A stretch of 59,473 nucleotides of DNA from an uncultured Enterobacteriaceae bacterium (GTDB lineage Bacteria; Pseudomonadota; Gammaproteobacteria; Eutrophobiales; Eutrophobiaceae), in NCBI GenBank assembly GCA_964509455.1, contig CAZDXS010000157.1, positions 1-59,473 on the forward strand, read 5' to 3'. The notes under the pieces were generated by a model. That model searched no databases. It was not told where the DNA came from and saw nothing but the letters and a program-made list of their open reading frames with translations. How positions within the stretch are numbered: position 1 is the first letter of the stretch; every line of letters starts with the position of its first letter. The position numbers and the translations under genes are program-made. Positions 39,017 through 48,247 of this stretch are shown one piece after another.

Positions 39017-42000
39017 CTAATCCAGCGCCGCCGCGTCCGCCGGCGCGCCCGCCGCCCGGCCGGTCAGCCGCAGGCGCAGGTCAAACACCAGGCTCAGCAT
39101 GGCGGGCACCACAAACAAGGTGAGCAAGGTGGCGAGCAGCAGGCCGCCAATCACCACGCCGCCTATGCCCCGGTACAACTCCGAGCCGGCGCCGGGGGCC
39201 AGGACCAGGGGCAGCATGGCGAACGTGGAGGTGCCGGCGCTCATGAAGATGGGGCGAATGCGGTTGCGCACCGCCTCCCGAATGGCCGCGCGCGGCGCCA
39301 TGCCCTCCTTGCGGGCGTGATTCAGGGACTGGTGCACGATGAGGATGGGGTTGTTGACCACCGTCCCCAGCAGGATGATGAAGCCCAGCATCGTCAGGGC
39401 GTCCAGGGGTTGATAGGCCAGGGTCGCGTTGACCAGGGCCAGCCCTAAGAAGCCGCCCAACACGGCCAACGGTACGCTGAGCAGGATGACCACGGGATAG
39501 AGAAAGCTTTCAAACAGCGCGGCCATGAGCAGGAAGGTAATGAGCAGGGCCAGCAACAGGTTCCATTTCAGCGCCGCGCCCGCCGCCGCCAGCTTGTCGG
39601 CGCTGCCGCTCAGCTCCACCCGGTACAGCCCGCCGAACTTCCCCTGGTCTTTCATGGGAGCGATGAGGTCCCGCTGAATGATTTCAATGGCCGTTTCCGT
39701 CGGCATTTCCGCAACGGGCAGGACGCGAATGGTGATGGTGCGCTCCCGTTCCCGGTGGTTGATTTGCACCGGCCCGGCGGCCGGCGACACCCGGGCGATG
39801 GCGCCCAGGGTGACCAGGCGCCCGTCCGGCGTGGCGATGGGCATCTGTTCCAGGGTATGGGTGCTGTGGGCGAAGTTTTTCTCGGCGCGCACCCGGATGT
39901 CCAGCTCCCGCCCCTCGTGCTGGTAGTCGCTGACCTTGACGCCGTCCACTAGGGCGCTCACCGCAAAGCCCAGGTCGCGGTTGGAGACGCCCAGCTCCGC
40001 CGCCCGCCGCCGGTCAATTTCCACCCGCACCTCCGGGTTGCCCAGGTCCAGCCCCGGTATGGGGAAGGCCTGGGCGCCGGGCATGGCCGCGCCCACCGCC
40101 TGGAATATTTCCGCCCCCAGGGCGATGAGGCGGGACAGGTCCGGCCCCTTGATTTCAATGTCAATGCTGCGCCCCTCGCCGCTTTCATCCTCGAAGATGC
40201 CCCATTGTTGCAATATGGGGATGGCGCCGGGAACGCCCGCCATGGTTTCATACAGCAACGGCATCAGCTCGCGGGTGCGGCGCGGCTCGTTGACGGTGGC
40301 GCCCAGGAACAGGATGGGGCCCTGGAAGCCAAAAAAGAACGTGTCCAGCCCGCCGCCGGGCTGCGCCGCGGCCGCCGGCGAGTTGCGGGGGTGGGTCTTG
40401 AGTTCTTTCAGGGCGTGGTAAAACCGCTGGTGAATGTCGGCCCGCTCTGCCACCGTGTACCCCGGCGGCGGCAGGATCAGGCCGAACAGGAAGTCGGTGT
40501 CGCCCATGGGTAGGTACTCCGTCTTGGGCATGATGGCGATGCTGACGCTGACCGCCAGCGCCATCGCCGCGCCCACGACAACCAGCCGCCGCGCTATCGA
40601 GGCGTTGATCCAGTCTGCCAGGGTCACGATGCGCTCCCGCGCCGCCAGCGCCAGGGCGGCTCCGCCCCAGATCCCGTGAAAGCCGCCGGCCCTGACAATG
40701 CCTCCAGCGATGGCGTTTCCAGCAATACCTCCGCCGCTTCCCTCGCCGCCGGCGCCGCCGGCAACACCTCCACCGCCGCCGGTATCTTTCTCGCCGCCAG
40801 TGCCCTCGGCAATGCCCCCGGTGTCGGTAATGGCACCGCCGCCGGCACCGCCCGCGTCGGCTCCGCCGGCGATGGCGCCCGCGCCCCCACCAGCGCCGCC
40901 CCCCAACATGCGCGCCGCCATGGTGGGAATCACGGTGACGGCCGCCAGCAGACTGAGGGCGACGGCGCAACTGATGGCCACGGCAATGTCGGCGAACAGC
41001 CTGCCGATTTCCTCCTCGATCAAGACCACCGGAGCGAACACGGCCACCGTGGTCAGGGTGCTGGCCAGCACCGCCCCCCACACTTCCGTCACGCCGTCCT
41101 GGGCGGCCCGCAACCGGGACTTGCCGCCTTGCCGGTGGCGGTAGATGTTCTCCAGCACCACGATGGAGTTGTCCACCACCATGCCGGTGGCAAAAGCGAG
41201 GCCGGCCAGGCTGATCACGTTAATGGTGCTGCCGAACACCGCCATCATCAAGAACGTGCCGATGATGCTGATGGGAATGGCGAGGGCGGCGATCAAGGTG
41301 CTGGCGGCGCTGCGCAGGAACACCAGCAACACCAGCACCGCCAGTGCCCCGCCCAACAACAGGTTGTTGCGAACCAGCTTCACGGCGCTCTTGATGTAGC
41401 CGGTCTGCTCCCATGCCAGGACCAGGCGCAAGCCGCGCGGCTCCAGCAACTCCTCGTTGATGCGCGCCGCTTTTTCCGTCACCGCCGCCATGATGTCCAG
41501 CTCGTTGGCGCCCGGCTCGCGCTGTATGTTCAGGGCGATGGTGCGGTCGCGCAGGGTGAACAGGGCGCTGGTGGGTTTTTCGTGGGTCAGCTCCACCCGG
41601 GCCACGTCCCGCAGATAGACGGGCACGCCGTTGCGGCTGGCAATCACGATGTTTTCCAGGTCCTGCGGCGACCGGTACTCGCCCACGGTGCGCACCACGT
41701 AGCGGCGCTTGCCTTCGTCAAAATCACCGCCGCTGTAGTTGCGGTTCTCCCGCTCAACAGCGGCGGCGAATTCCAGCAGCGTCACCTGCCGCAAGGCCAG
41801 CCTGGCCGGGTCGACGACGACGTGCACCTCCGCCTCGCGCCCGCCGTACACGTAGGACGCCGACACGCCCTCCACCCGCTCCAGCTCGGGCACCACGTAG
41901 TCGTCGATGAAGTCGTACACGGTGGAAATGTCGCCGGCGAAGCCGTTGTCCGGGGTCGGGTCCAGCTGAAACCAGGCGATGGCGCCGGAAATGCCCGACT

Positions 42001-42388
42001 GCCCCGAGATCACCGGCTTTTTGGCGTTCGCCGGGTACGATTCCACCTGGTCCAGGCGGTTCGACGCCTTGAGGCGGGCGGCGTCCTTGTCGGTCCCCAC
42101 CTGGAAGCGCAAGGTGATTTCGCCGTAGCCGTCGTGGCTTTCGCTTTCCATTTTCACCAGTCCCGGCAGTGACTTGAGCTCCTCTTCTTGCTCGTTGATG
42201 ACGTCTTGTTCAATTTCCAGGGGGCTGGCGCCGGGCCATTCGGTGGTCACCGTGATTTCCGGCTTGACCACGTCCGGGGTCAGCTGCACGGGCAGGTTGA
42301 ACAGGGCAATGAGACCGAACAGCGCCAGGAAGATGACCCCCACCGAGGTGGAGACCGGGTAGCGAATGCAGGCCTGTATGAGGTTCAC
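39017..42388 (-). CDS. RND efflux transporter permease (AcrB/AcrD/AcrF family) with Gly-rich insert
   Basis: NLPVQLTPDV, SLAGLAFATGMVVDNSIVVLENI, RIRPIFMS; GTG at 42388 overlaps the MFP stop. Confidence 0.93.
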   Translation of the reverse strand: MNLIQACIRYPVSTSVGVIFLALFGLIALFNLPVQLTPDVVKPEITVTTEWPGASPLEIEQDVINEQEEELKSLPGLVKMESESHDGYGEITLRFQVGTDKDAARLKASNRLDQVESYPANAKKPVISGQSGISGAIAWFQLDPTPDNGFAGDISTVYDFIDDYVVPELERVEGVSASYVYGGREAEVHVVVDPARLALRQVTLLEFAAAVERENRNYSGGDFDEGKRRYVVRTVGEYRSPQDLENIVIASRNGVPVYLRDVARVELTHEKPTSALFTLRDRTIALNIQREPGANELDIMAAVTEKAARINEELLEPRGLRLVLAWEQTGYIKSAVKLVRNNLLLGGALAVLVLLVFLRSAASTLIAALAIPISIIGTFLMMAVFGSTINVISLAGLAFATGMVVDNSIVVLENIYRHRQGGKSRLRAAQDGVTEVWGAVLASTLTTVAVFAPVVLIEEEIGRLFADIAVAISCAVALSLLAAVTVIPTMAARMLGGGAGGGAGAIAGGADAGGAGGGAITDTGGIAEGTGGEKDTGGGGGVAGGAGGEGSGGGIAGNAIAGGIVRAGGFHGIWGGAALALAARERIVTLADWINASIARRLVVVGAAMALAVSVSIAIMPKTEYLPMGDTDFLFGLILPPPGYTVAERADIHQRFYHALKELKTHPRNSPAAAAQPGGGLDTFFFGFQGPILFLGATVNEPRRTRELMPLLYETMAGVPGAIPILQQWGIFEDESGEGRSIDIEIKGPDLSRLIALGAEIFQAVGAAMPGAQAFPIPGLDLGNPEVRVEIDRRRAAELGVSNRDLGFAVSALVDGVKVSDYQHEGRELDIRVRAEKNFAHSTHTLEQMPIATPDGRLVTLGAIARVSPAAGPVQINHRERERTITIRVLPVAEMPTETAIEIIQRDLIAPMKDQGKFGGLYRVELSGSADKLAAAGAALKWNLLLALLITFLLMAALFESFLYPVVILLSVPLAVLGGFLGLALVNATLAYQPLDALTMLGFIILLGTVVNNPILIVHQSLNHARKEGMAPRAAIREAVRNRIRPIFMSAGTSTFAMLPLVLAPGAGSELYRGIGGVVIGGLLLATLLTLFVVPAMLSLVFDLRLRLTGRAAGAPADAAALD

Positions 42389-43677
42389 GGCAGGGGGTAG
42401 GACAACGGCTCGCCGCGCACCGGTTGCCCCGGGCGCAGGCGCTCGTTGCCGCGCGTGATGACCCGGGCGCCGGGGGCGATGTCGCCCTCCACCACGGACC
42501 ATACGCCCATGGCCGCTGTTGTCGTCACCGGCGCCGCCACGGCGGTTGAGTCTTCTCCCACCAGGTATACCAGGTCGTTGCCGCCTTGTTGCACAACGGC
42601 GTCCTTGGGCACCAGCACGCCGGACGCGGCGCGGCGCAACGGAAACGCGGCGCGGGCCAGCATGCCCGCCCCGATGCCGGCGCCGGGGTTTTCCAGGCGC
42701 AGCTTCACCGGAAAGGTGCGGGCCTGCGGGTCGGCGCGCGGCACCACCGCGCGAATGGTCGCCGCGTACTCCTTGCCCGGCAACGAGTCGAAAGCAACGG
42801 CGGCCGCGGCGCCCGGCGCCAGGTCGCCGAAGTATTTTTCCGGCACGTCAACGTGGACTTCCAGCGTTTCCGTGGACAGGATCTCCAGCGCCTCATCGCC
42901 CACGCCGCTCCATTGCCCCACCTCGGTGTGGCGGGCGACCACCACGCCGTTGAAGGGCGCGTGAATGACGCTGCGCTCCAAGTCAAAGCGGATGCCGGCG
43001 ATTTCCGCGCGCAGGCTTTCAATGTTCCACTGCCAGGCGGCGAATTCGTATTGCGCCTCGTCCATCACCTGTTGCGAGATGGTGTTCTCCTCGATCAACT
43101 GCCGCGAGCGTTCCAGCCTTTTTTCCGCCAGGTTTTTGCGGGCCTGCGCCTCTTTCAGGCGCGCCTGCGCCGCTTTCAGGCGCAGCTCCAGCGCCGTGGT
43201 GCGCAACCTCACCAGGGGTTGACCCTGGGTGACCCGGTCTCCCTCCCGCGCTTCCAGCGCCACCACCAGCCCCGCCGTTTCGCCGGCCAGCATGCTGACG
43301 TAAGGCGCTTCTACGTAGCCCGGCAGTTTTACAAGTTGCTCGACCGGCCGCGCCACGGCCTCGGTGTATTTCACCGGGGCTGCCGGCGGCGCCGGGTCCT
43401 GGGCGTGCGTTGCCGCGCTGAAACAGCACAGGCAGGCGGCCGCCAGCGCCGCGCGCCCGCGTTGCTGGAAGATGCCGGCCCGGCGGCAGCCGGATTGCCG
43501 TTGCCCGCTCACGGGGCGGGCATGCGACCTAGGCGGTTGCGCCGCGTTGCCCGGTGCGCCCGTTGCGGCGCCGACCCGGGCCGGGGGTCGTGCGGCGGTT
43601 GCCGGGGACGCCCGTCCGCGGAATGAGGGGTTGCCGCGGGCACGTTCAGCCCGGCCCAGAGGCCGCGCGTCCGGCAA
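42385..43677 (-). CDS. RND periplasmic adaptor (membrane fusion protein); true start uncertain, probably downstream of 43677
   Basis: EGDRVTQGQPLV, IHAPFNGVV, PRADPQARTFPVK, GMLA, VPKDAV. Confidence 0.88.
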   Translation of the reverse strand: MPDARPLGRAERARGNPSFRGRASPATAARPPARVGAATGAPGNAAQPPRSHARPVSGQRQSGCRRAGIFQQRGRAALAAACLCCFSAATHAQDPAPPAAPVKYTEAVARPVEQLVKLPGYVEAPYVSMLAGETAGLVVALEAREGDRVTQGQPLVRLRTTALELRLKAAQARLKEAQARKNLAEKRLERSRQLIEENTISQQVMDEAQYEFAAWQWNIESLRAEIAGIRFDLERSVIHAPFNGVVVARHTEVGQWSGVGDEALEILSTETLEVHVDVPEKYFGDLAPGAAAAVAFDSLPGKEYAATIRAVVPRADPQARTFPVKLRLENPGAGIGAGMLARAAFPLRRAASGVLVPKDAVVQQGGNDLVYLVGEDSTAVAAPVTTTAAMGVWSVVEGDIAPGARVITRGNERLRPGQPVRGEPLSYPLP

Positions 43678-44551
43678 AGCGGGTGGAGAACCTGAATACC
43701 TGCGCCTCGCACACGTCCAGGCAACGGCCGCAGTTGGTGCAATCGCCGTGGCGGATGACCGTCGTGTCCTGCTCGCGTTCCGGCTTCAAGGCCGGCATGA
43801 TCACGTGCGGTTCCGGGCAGACGCGAAAACAATCGCCGCAGTCGGTGCAGGCCGTGCGCCGGGCGGCGTTCATGCGCACGATGGAGAACCGGCCAATCAA
43901 GCCGTAAAACACGCCCACCGGGCACAGGTGGCCGCACCAGCCGCGGCGCGTTATCAGCAGGTCGAACAAGAACACGGCCGCGACGACGGCCCACGCCATG
44001 CCCAGCCCGAAAACCAGCCCCCGTTGCAACATGGTGATGGGGTTCACCGCCTCCCAGGCAATCACGCCGGCCGCGGCGGAGACCGCCAGCGCCGTCGCCA
44101 GGAGCCAGGCGCGGGCGGACTTCTTGATGGGCCAGTTCAGGTTGAGCCGCAGGCGGCAACGCAACCAGTGGGCCGCGTCCGTAACCACGTTGATGGGGCA
44201 TACCCAGGAGCAGTAGGCGCGGCCGCCGACCAGGAAATAAAAGGCGAAAACAATGGCGGCGCCGCTGAGGGCGGCGCTTTCCACGGCGTGGCCCGAGGCC
44301 ATGGATTGCGCCAGGATGAACGGGTCCGTCAGGGAGACCGTACCCAGGATGGAGCTGGACGCCAGGTTGCCCTTCACCCACCAGACGCCAAGCCAGGGGC
44401 CTGCCAGGAACAGGGCCAGGGTGGAGAATTGCACGGCCCGCCGCAACAAGAGCCACTTGTTTCTCGCCAGCGGGCCGCGACGCCCGGCCGCCGGCGTCGG
44501 TCGCGGCGCACACTCAGGCGGCGGTGCGCGCTCAGGCAATGCCGCCGGCAT
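43646..44551 (-). CDS. NapH/MauN-family membrane polyferredoxin
   Basis: LRRAVQ, GRAYCSWVCP, WCGHLCPVG, CTDCGDCFRVCP, CTNCGRCLDVC. Confidence 0.9.
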   Translation of the reverse strand: MPAALPERAPPPECAPRPTPAAGRRGPLARNKWLLLRRAVQFSTLALFLAGPWLGVWWVKGNLASSSILGTVSLTDPFILAQSMASGHAVESAALSGAAIVFAFYFLVGGRAYCSWVCPINVVTDAAHWLRCRLRLNLNWPIKKSARAWLLATALAVSAAAGVIAWEAVNPITMLQRGLVFGLGMAWAVVAAVFLFDLLITRRGWCGHLCPVGVFYGLIGRFSIVRMNAARRTACTDCGDCFRVCPEPHVIMPALKPEREQDTTVIRHGDCTNCGRCLDVCEAQVFRFSTRFAGRAASGPG

Positions 44552-45188
44552 CCTGCTTGGCCAGTCGCCGCGGCAACACCTTGATGGACGCTTTTTCCGT
44601 CACGCAGTCCCGCTCACACTTGCCGCAACCGGTGCAGTGCTCGGCATGCACCGTGGGCTCGAAGTAGGTGCGGTTGTCCGTGCGCTTTTGCTCCATGGTG
44701 ATGGCCTCGCCCTTGACGGGGCACGCCAGGAAGCAGGCGCGGCAATGGGCGGTGCCGGTGACGCTGTAGCAGGTGTCCGGGCCGGTGAGCACGGCGACGC
44801 CCATGTCGGCGTCCCTGATGTCGTCCAGCTCCTGGGACAGGGCGCCCGTGGGGCAGGCCGCGGCGCAGGGAATGTCCTCGCACATCTCGCAGGGAATCTC
44901 GCGGGCGATGAAGTAAGGGGTGCCCGCCGCCGGCCCCGGCGCCCCGAACGCGGCCAGCTTCAAGGTGTCGTAAGGACAATCCCGAACGCACAGGCCGCAC
45001 CTGACGCAGGCGCCTAAAAAGTCGTTCTCGGGCAGGGCCCCGGGCGGGCGAATGGCCCAGGGCGGCGTGGCGGCGGACTGCCGGGAATACACGCCCAGCA
45101 ACAGCCCCACGACGCTCATGGAGCCTGCTGCGTGGGCGCATTGCCCGATGAAACGCCGCCGGTTCATTCGTTGTTGCTCAGCGCTCAT
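44532..45188 (-). CDS. NapG/MauM-family ferredoxin with Tat-like signal
   Basis: MNRRRF; IRPPGA; CVRCGLCVRDCP, CEMCEDIPCAAACP, CTGCGKCERDC. Confidence 0.9.
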   Translation of the reverse strand: MSAEQQRMNRRRFIGQCAHAAGSMSVVGLLLGVYSRQSAATPPWAIRPPGALPENDFLGACVRCGLCVRDCPYDTLKLAAFGAPGPAAGTPYFIAREIPCEMCEDIPCAAACPTGALSQELDDIRDADMGVAVLTGPDTCYSVTGTAHCRACFLACPVKGEAITMEQKRTDNRTYFEPTVHAEHCTGCGKCERDCVTEKASIKVLPRRLAKQDAGGIA

Positions 45189-45394
45189 TATTCATTACCT
45201 GCCCGGGCGGCGCACGGTAAACGGCGCCGGATTCATTGCGCCTCCCCCCGGTTGCTGTTGTGACCCGGCCATCATCGCACAAAACGGGACGACTCTCCAG
45301 CGGCGCCGTGTTGCGGCGGTCGCGGCGCGGCGCCTTGGCGGGGGCGGGGAACACTAGAGCGGCGCTTCTGCGTGTTGTCGCCTGTTGGCAGACG

Positions 45395-45654
45395 CGCTGT
45401 GTCGAGAGCGCCGGGCGCGGCGCGGTGCTTCGAAAGGGGGAGGCGGGAAAGCGCCAGGGCGGTGCCGCATCCATGTCATGCCGCCGGTTGGCGGCCGTGC
45501 TGTGTCGAGAGCGCCGGTCGCGGCGCCGCGGGCCGCGGTATTTCTGCCGCCGCGCTTCGATAAGGAGGCAGGTGGGAAAGCGCCAGGGCGGTGCCGCATC
45601 CATGTCATGCCGCCGGTTGGCGGCCGTGCTGTGTCGAGAGCGCCGGTCGCGGCG
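45395..45654. repeat. Intergenic direct repeat (81 bp identical at 45445 and 45574, plus a partial third copy)
   Basis: GGGAAAGCGCCAGGGCGGTGCCGCATCCATGTCATGCCGCCGGTTGGCGGCCGTGCTGTGTCGAGAGCGCCGGTCGCGGCG twice, period 129. Confidence 0.9.
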
Positions 45655-45770
45655 TTTCTGCCGCCGCGCATAACGTTGTAGAATCGGCATGGAACTGCAA
45701 CCCGTCAACCAAAGCAATGCATATATAATGGCTCTTGTGCTCTCCACGACCGGCGCCGGGGACGTCTCCC

Positions 45771-46322
45771 ATGGCGTTTGACCCGGTCATTCACCAGGCC
45801 GCCGCGCTGGCGCTCGCTTACGTCTTCATCCTGGCGGGACTGCACAAGTGCCGCGCCCCGCGAGAGTTCGCGCTCACCCTGGAAAATTACCGGGTGTTGC
45901 CGGGCTGGTTGAATCGCCAGTGCGTTTACCTGATTCCCGTGGCGGAAATCATGACCGGCGCCGCCCTGGCGTTGCCGCCCACCGCCCGCCCGGCGGCGTG
46001 GTCGGCAACCGTATTGTTGGGCGCCTACACGGCGGCCATCGGCGTCAACCTGCGGCGCGGGCGGCGCGACATGGACTGCGGTTGCGGCGGCCCCCGGCAG
46101 AAGCAGACTCTGGGCGAATGGATGTTGGCGCGCAACGCCCTGCTGTTGCTCCTGGCGTTCATCGCGGCCTGCCCGGTGCAGCCGCGGCCCATGCTCTGGT
46201 TGGACTGGGCGGTCACGTTGCTGGCAGCCGCGGCGGGTTGCCTGTGCTATGACATCGTCAACCAGTTGCTGGCGAACCGGGACCTGTTGAAGAACCTGCA
46301 AGAGGAGCGCCGCCATGCTTGA
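45771..46322 (+). CDS. mauE: Methylamine utilisation protein MauE-like
   Basis: FILAGLHK, LENYRVLP, NLRRGRRDMDCGCGG, LARNALL; overlaps mauD. Confidence 0.85.
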   Translation: MAFDPVIHQAAALALAYVFILAGLHKCRAPREFALTLENYRVLPGWLNRQCVYLIPVAEIMTGAALALPPTARPAAWSATVLLGAYTAAIGVNLRRGRRDMDCGCGGPRQKQTLGEWMLARNALLLLLAFIAACPVQPRPMLWLDWAVTLLAAAAGCLCYDIVNQLLANRDLLKNLQEERRHA

Positions 46323-46941
46323 CGCCCTGGTTGTCTCCAACCTGGCGCTCTGGGTCATCGTGCTGGTCTTGTTGGTGGTGGTTTTCGCGTTGGCGCGGCA
46401 AATCGGCGTGCTGTATGAACGGGTGGCGCCGGCGGGCGCTTTGATGGTCAACCAGTCCCTGCGTCCCGGCGCCGTCGCGCCCGAGCTGGACCTTGTGACC
46501 ATCGATGAGCGGCAGATCCATGTCGGCGGTGCGCGGCAGGACGCCAGGAGCACCCTGCTGTTTTTCCTGGCGCCCGATTGCCCGGTGTGCAAAACCCTGT
46601 TGCCGGTGCTGTTCTCGGCGCACCGGGAGGAGAAGGACTGGCTGGACGTCGTGCTGGCCAGCGACGGCGCCGCGGAGCAGCACCGGGAGTTCATCGAGCG
46701 CCACAAGCTGTCGCGCTTCGACTACGTGCTGTCGGAACTGCTGGGACGCAGCTACGGGGTGGGCAAGTTGCCTTACGCGGTACTGGTGGACGAGCAGGGC
46801 AAGGTCGTCACCATGGGCATCGTCAACTCCCGGGAGCACCTGGAAAGCCTGTTCGAGGCGAAAGAACGCGGCGTGGCGTCCATCCAGGAATACGTCCAAA
46901 AATACCACGCCGACAACGCACCTCGGAAAGAGACGGGGTGA
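46315..46941 (+). CDS. mauD: Methylamine dehydrogenase accessory protein MauD
   Basis: ALARQIGVLYERVAPAGAL, FLAPDCPVCK, LPYAVL, GIVNSREHLESLFEA. Confidence 0.93.
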   Translation: MLDALVVSNLALWVIVLVLLVVVFALARQIGVLYERVAPAGALMVNQSLRPGAVAPELDLVTIDERQIHVGGARQDARSTLLFFLAPDCPVCKTLLPVLFSAHREEKDWLDVVLASDGAAEQHREFIERHKLSRFDYVLSELLGRSYGVGKLPYAVLVDEQGKVVTMGIVNSREHLESLFEAKERGVASIQEYVQKYHADNAPRKETG

Positions 46942-46949
46942 GACCCGCG

Positions 46950-47260
46950 GCGGCGGTTGTCGCGGCGGCGGGGCACTGAGTCCTGCGTCCCTGCCCGTTG
47001 TCGCGGCGGCGGTTGTCGCAGCGGCGGTTGTCGGTGGGTGCGGCGCGAGGCGGTGCGGTTATGCCCGCGCAGCAATGCGGCGGTGGGCTGAGGCCCGCGC
47101 CCCTTGTCGGTTTCCCGCGACGGCGGTTGTCGTAGCAACGGGCTGAGCCTTCCGTCCTTGCCCGTTGTCGCGGCGCCGGTTGTCGGCGAGTGCGGCGCGA
47201 GGCGGTGCGGTTATGCCCGCGCAGCAATGCGCCGTCGGGCTGAGCTCCGTGCCCCTTGCC
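46950..47260. repeat. Imperfect ~150-bp duplication with GCGGCGGTTGTC microrepeats
   Basis: TGCGGCGCGAGGCGGTGCGGTTATGCCCGCGCAGCAATGCG at 47039 and 47191. Confidence 0.8.
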
Positions 47261-47332
47261 GGTTCTTGACCAGGCCATTGCGCCGGCCCGGGGGCGCGGT
47301 GAAATGTCGAGGCCGGCCGACCGGCCCGGTTG

Positions 47333-48247
47333 CTACGCTATTCTGAGGGCGTGGTGAAACAGCTCCTGCGTAAAAGCATCCCATTGCTCGCCGTCGGACG
47401 CGAGCTCATCCAGCAGAAACACCTTGATTGCGCCGATTTGCTCCAGGCGTTGTTGCATTTCGGGCGTGACCACGCCCGCAATTAAAATGTTGACGCACCC
47501 GGGGGGCGTTTCAGCAAAACTTTTTTGCATGGCGCCCAGGCGCTCAAGTGCGCCGGCTGGGTCTTTGCCGCCTTTTATCTCGACGGTCGCGATGGCGGCG
47601 CCGTTTCTCTCAAACTTGATGTCGGGCTCGGACCCGTAAAACATCAGGGTGTCCTGTTTCAGCGTGAACGCGCCGTCCGGGTCCTCGGCAACCACCATCC
47701 CCTGTTTCCTCAGCCGGTCCGCGACCCTTGTTTTGATCAGGCGTTCCGCCGCCTGTCCAATTTTGTTGCGGAACATGCCGTCAAGGCGGATCCCCATGGT
47801 CGCCAGGATGCTCCGATAGCCGTTTTCCAGCGTCCAGTCCGTTGATCCCGTAATGATCGATGAAATGACGGAGTTATAGACGCGATCCACTCGAATGGCG
47901 CTTTGCGGGGAAATGGCCCGTTTTCGGGCGCCGGTCTCCCAGTCCGCCACCGATACCGCCAGTTGCGTTACCTGTTTCTGCGACAACAGCGCCATGCCCC
48001 GGTAATACTGGGAGGCGGTCGGATGGGCCGACAATACCTCGGGGTGAGCAAATACCCGGGATGGGCGTATCCCGTTTTCAGCAACATGTTCCCAGGCTTT
48101 CGGGCAGATCATGAAGTTCTCCAGGGGCTGGAAATCCAGGGGCTTGTCGTACCCATCCACCAGTTCCCTGAGTGTTTCATCCGTGCGTTGCCGTATGAGA
48201 TCCGAGAGCAGGCGCGAGCGGTACTGCGCGTCCTGCAAGTCAGTCAT
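47333..48247 (-). CDS. Putative type II restriction endonuclease (resembles XcyI-family proteins)
   Basis: EPDIKF...VEIKGGKDPAGALER PD-(D/E)XK core; ATG overlaps the MTase stop. Confidence 0.7.
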   Translation of the reverse strand: MTDLQDAQYRSRLLSDLIRQRTDETLRELVDGYDKPLDFQPLENFMICPKAWEHVAENGIRPSRVFAHPEVLSAHPTASQYYRGMALLSQKQVTQLAVSVADWETGARKRAISPQSAIRVDRVYNSVISSIITGSTDWTLENGYRSILATMGIRLDGMFRNKIGQAAERLIKTRVADRLRKQGMVVAEDPDGAFTLKQDTLMFYGSEPDIKFERNGAAIATVEIKGGKDPAGALERLGAMQKSFAETPPGCVNILIAGVVTPEMQQRLEQIGAIKVFLLDELASDGEQWDAFTQELFHHALRIA

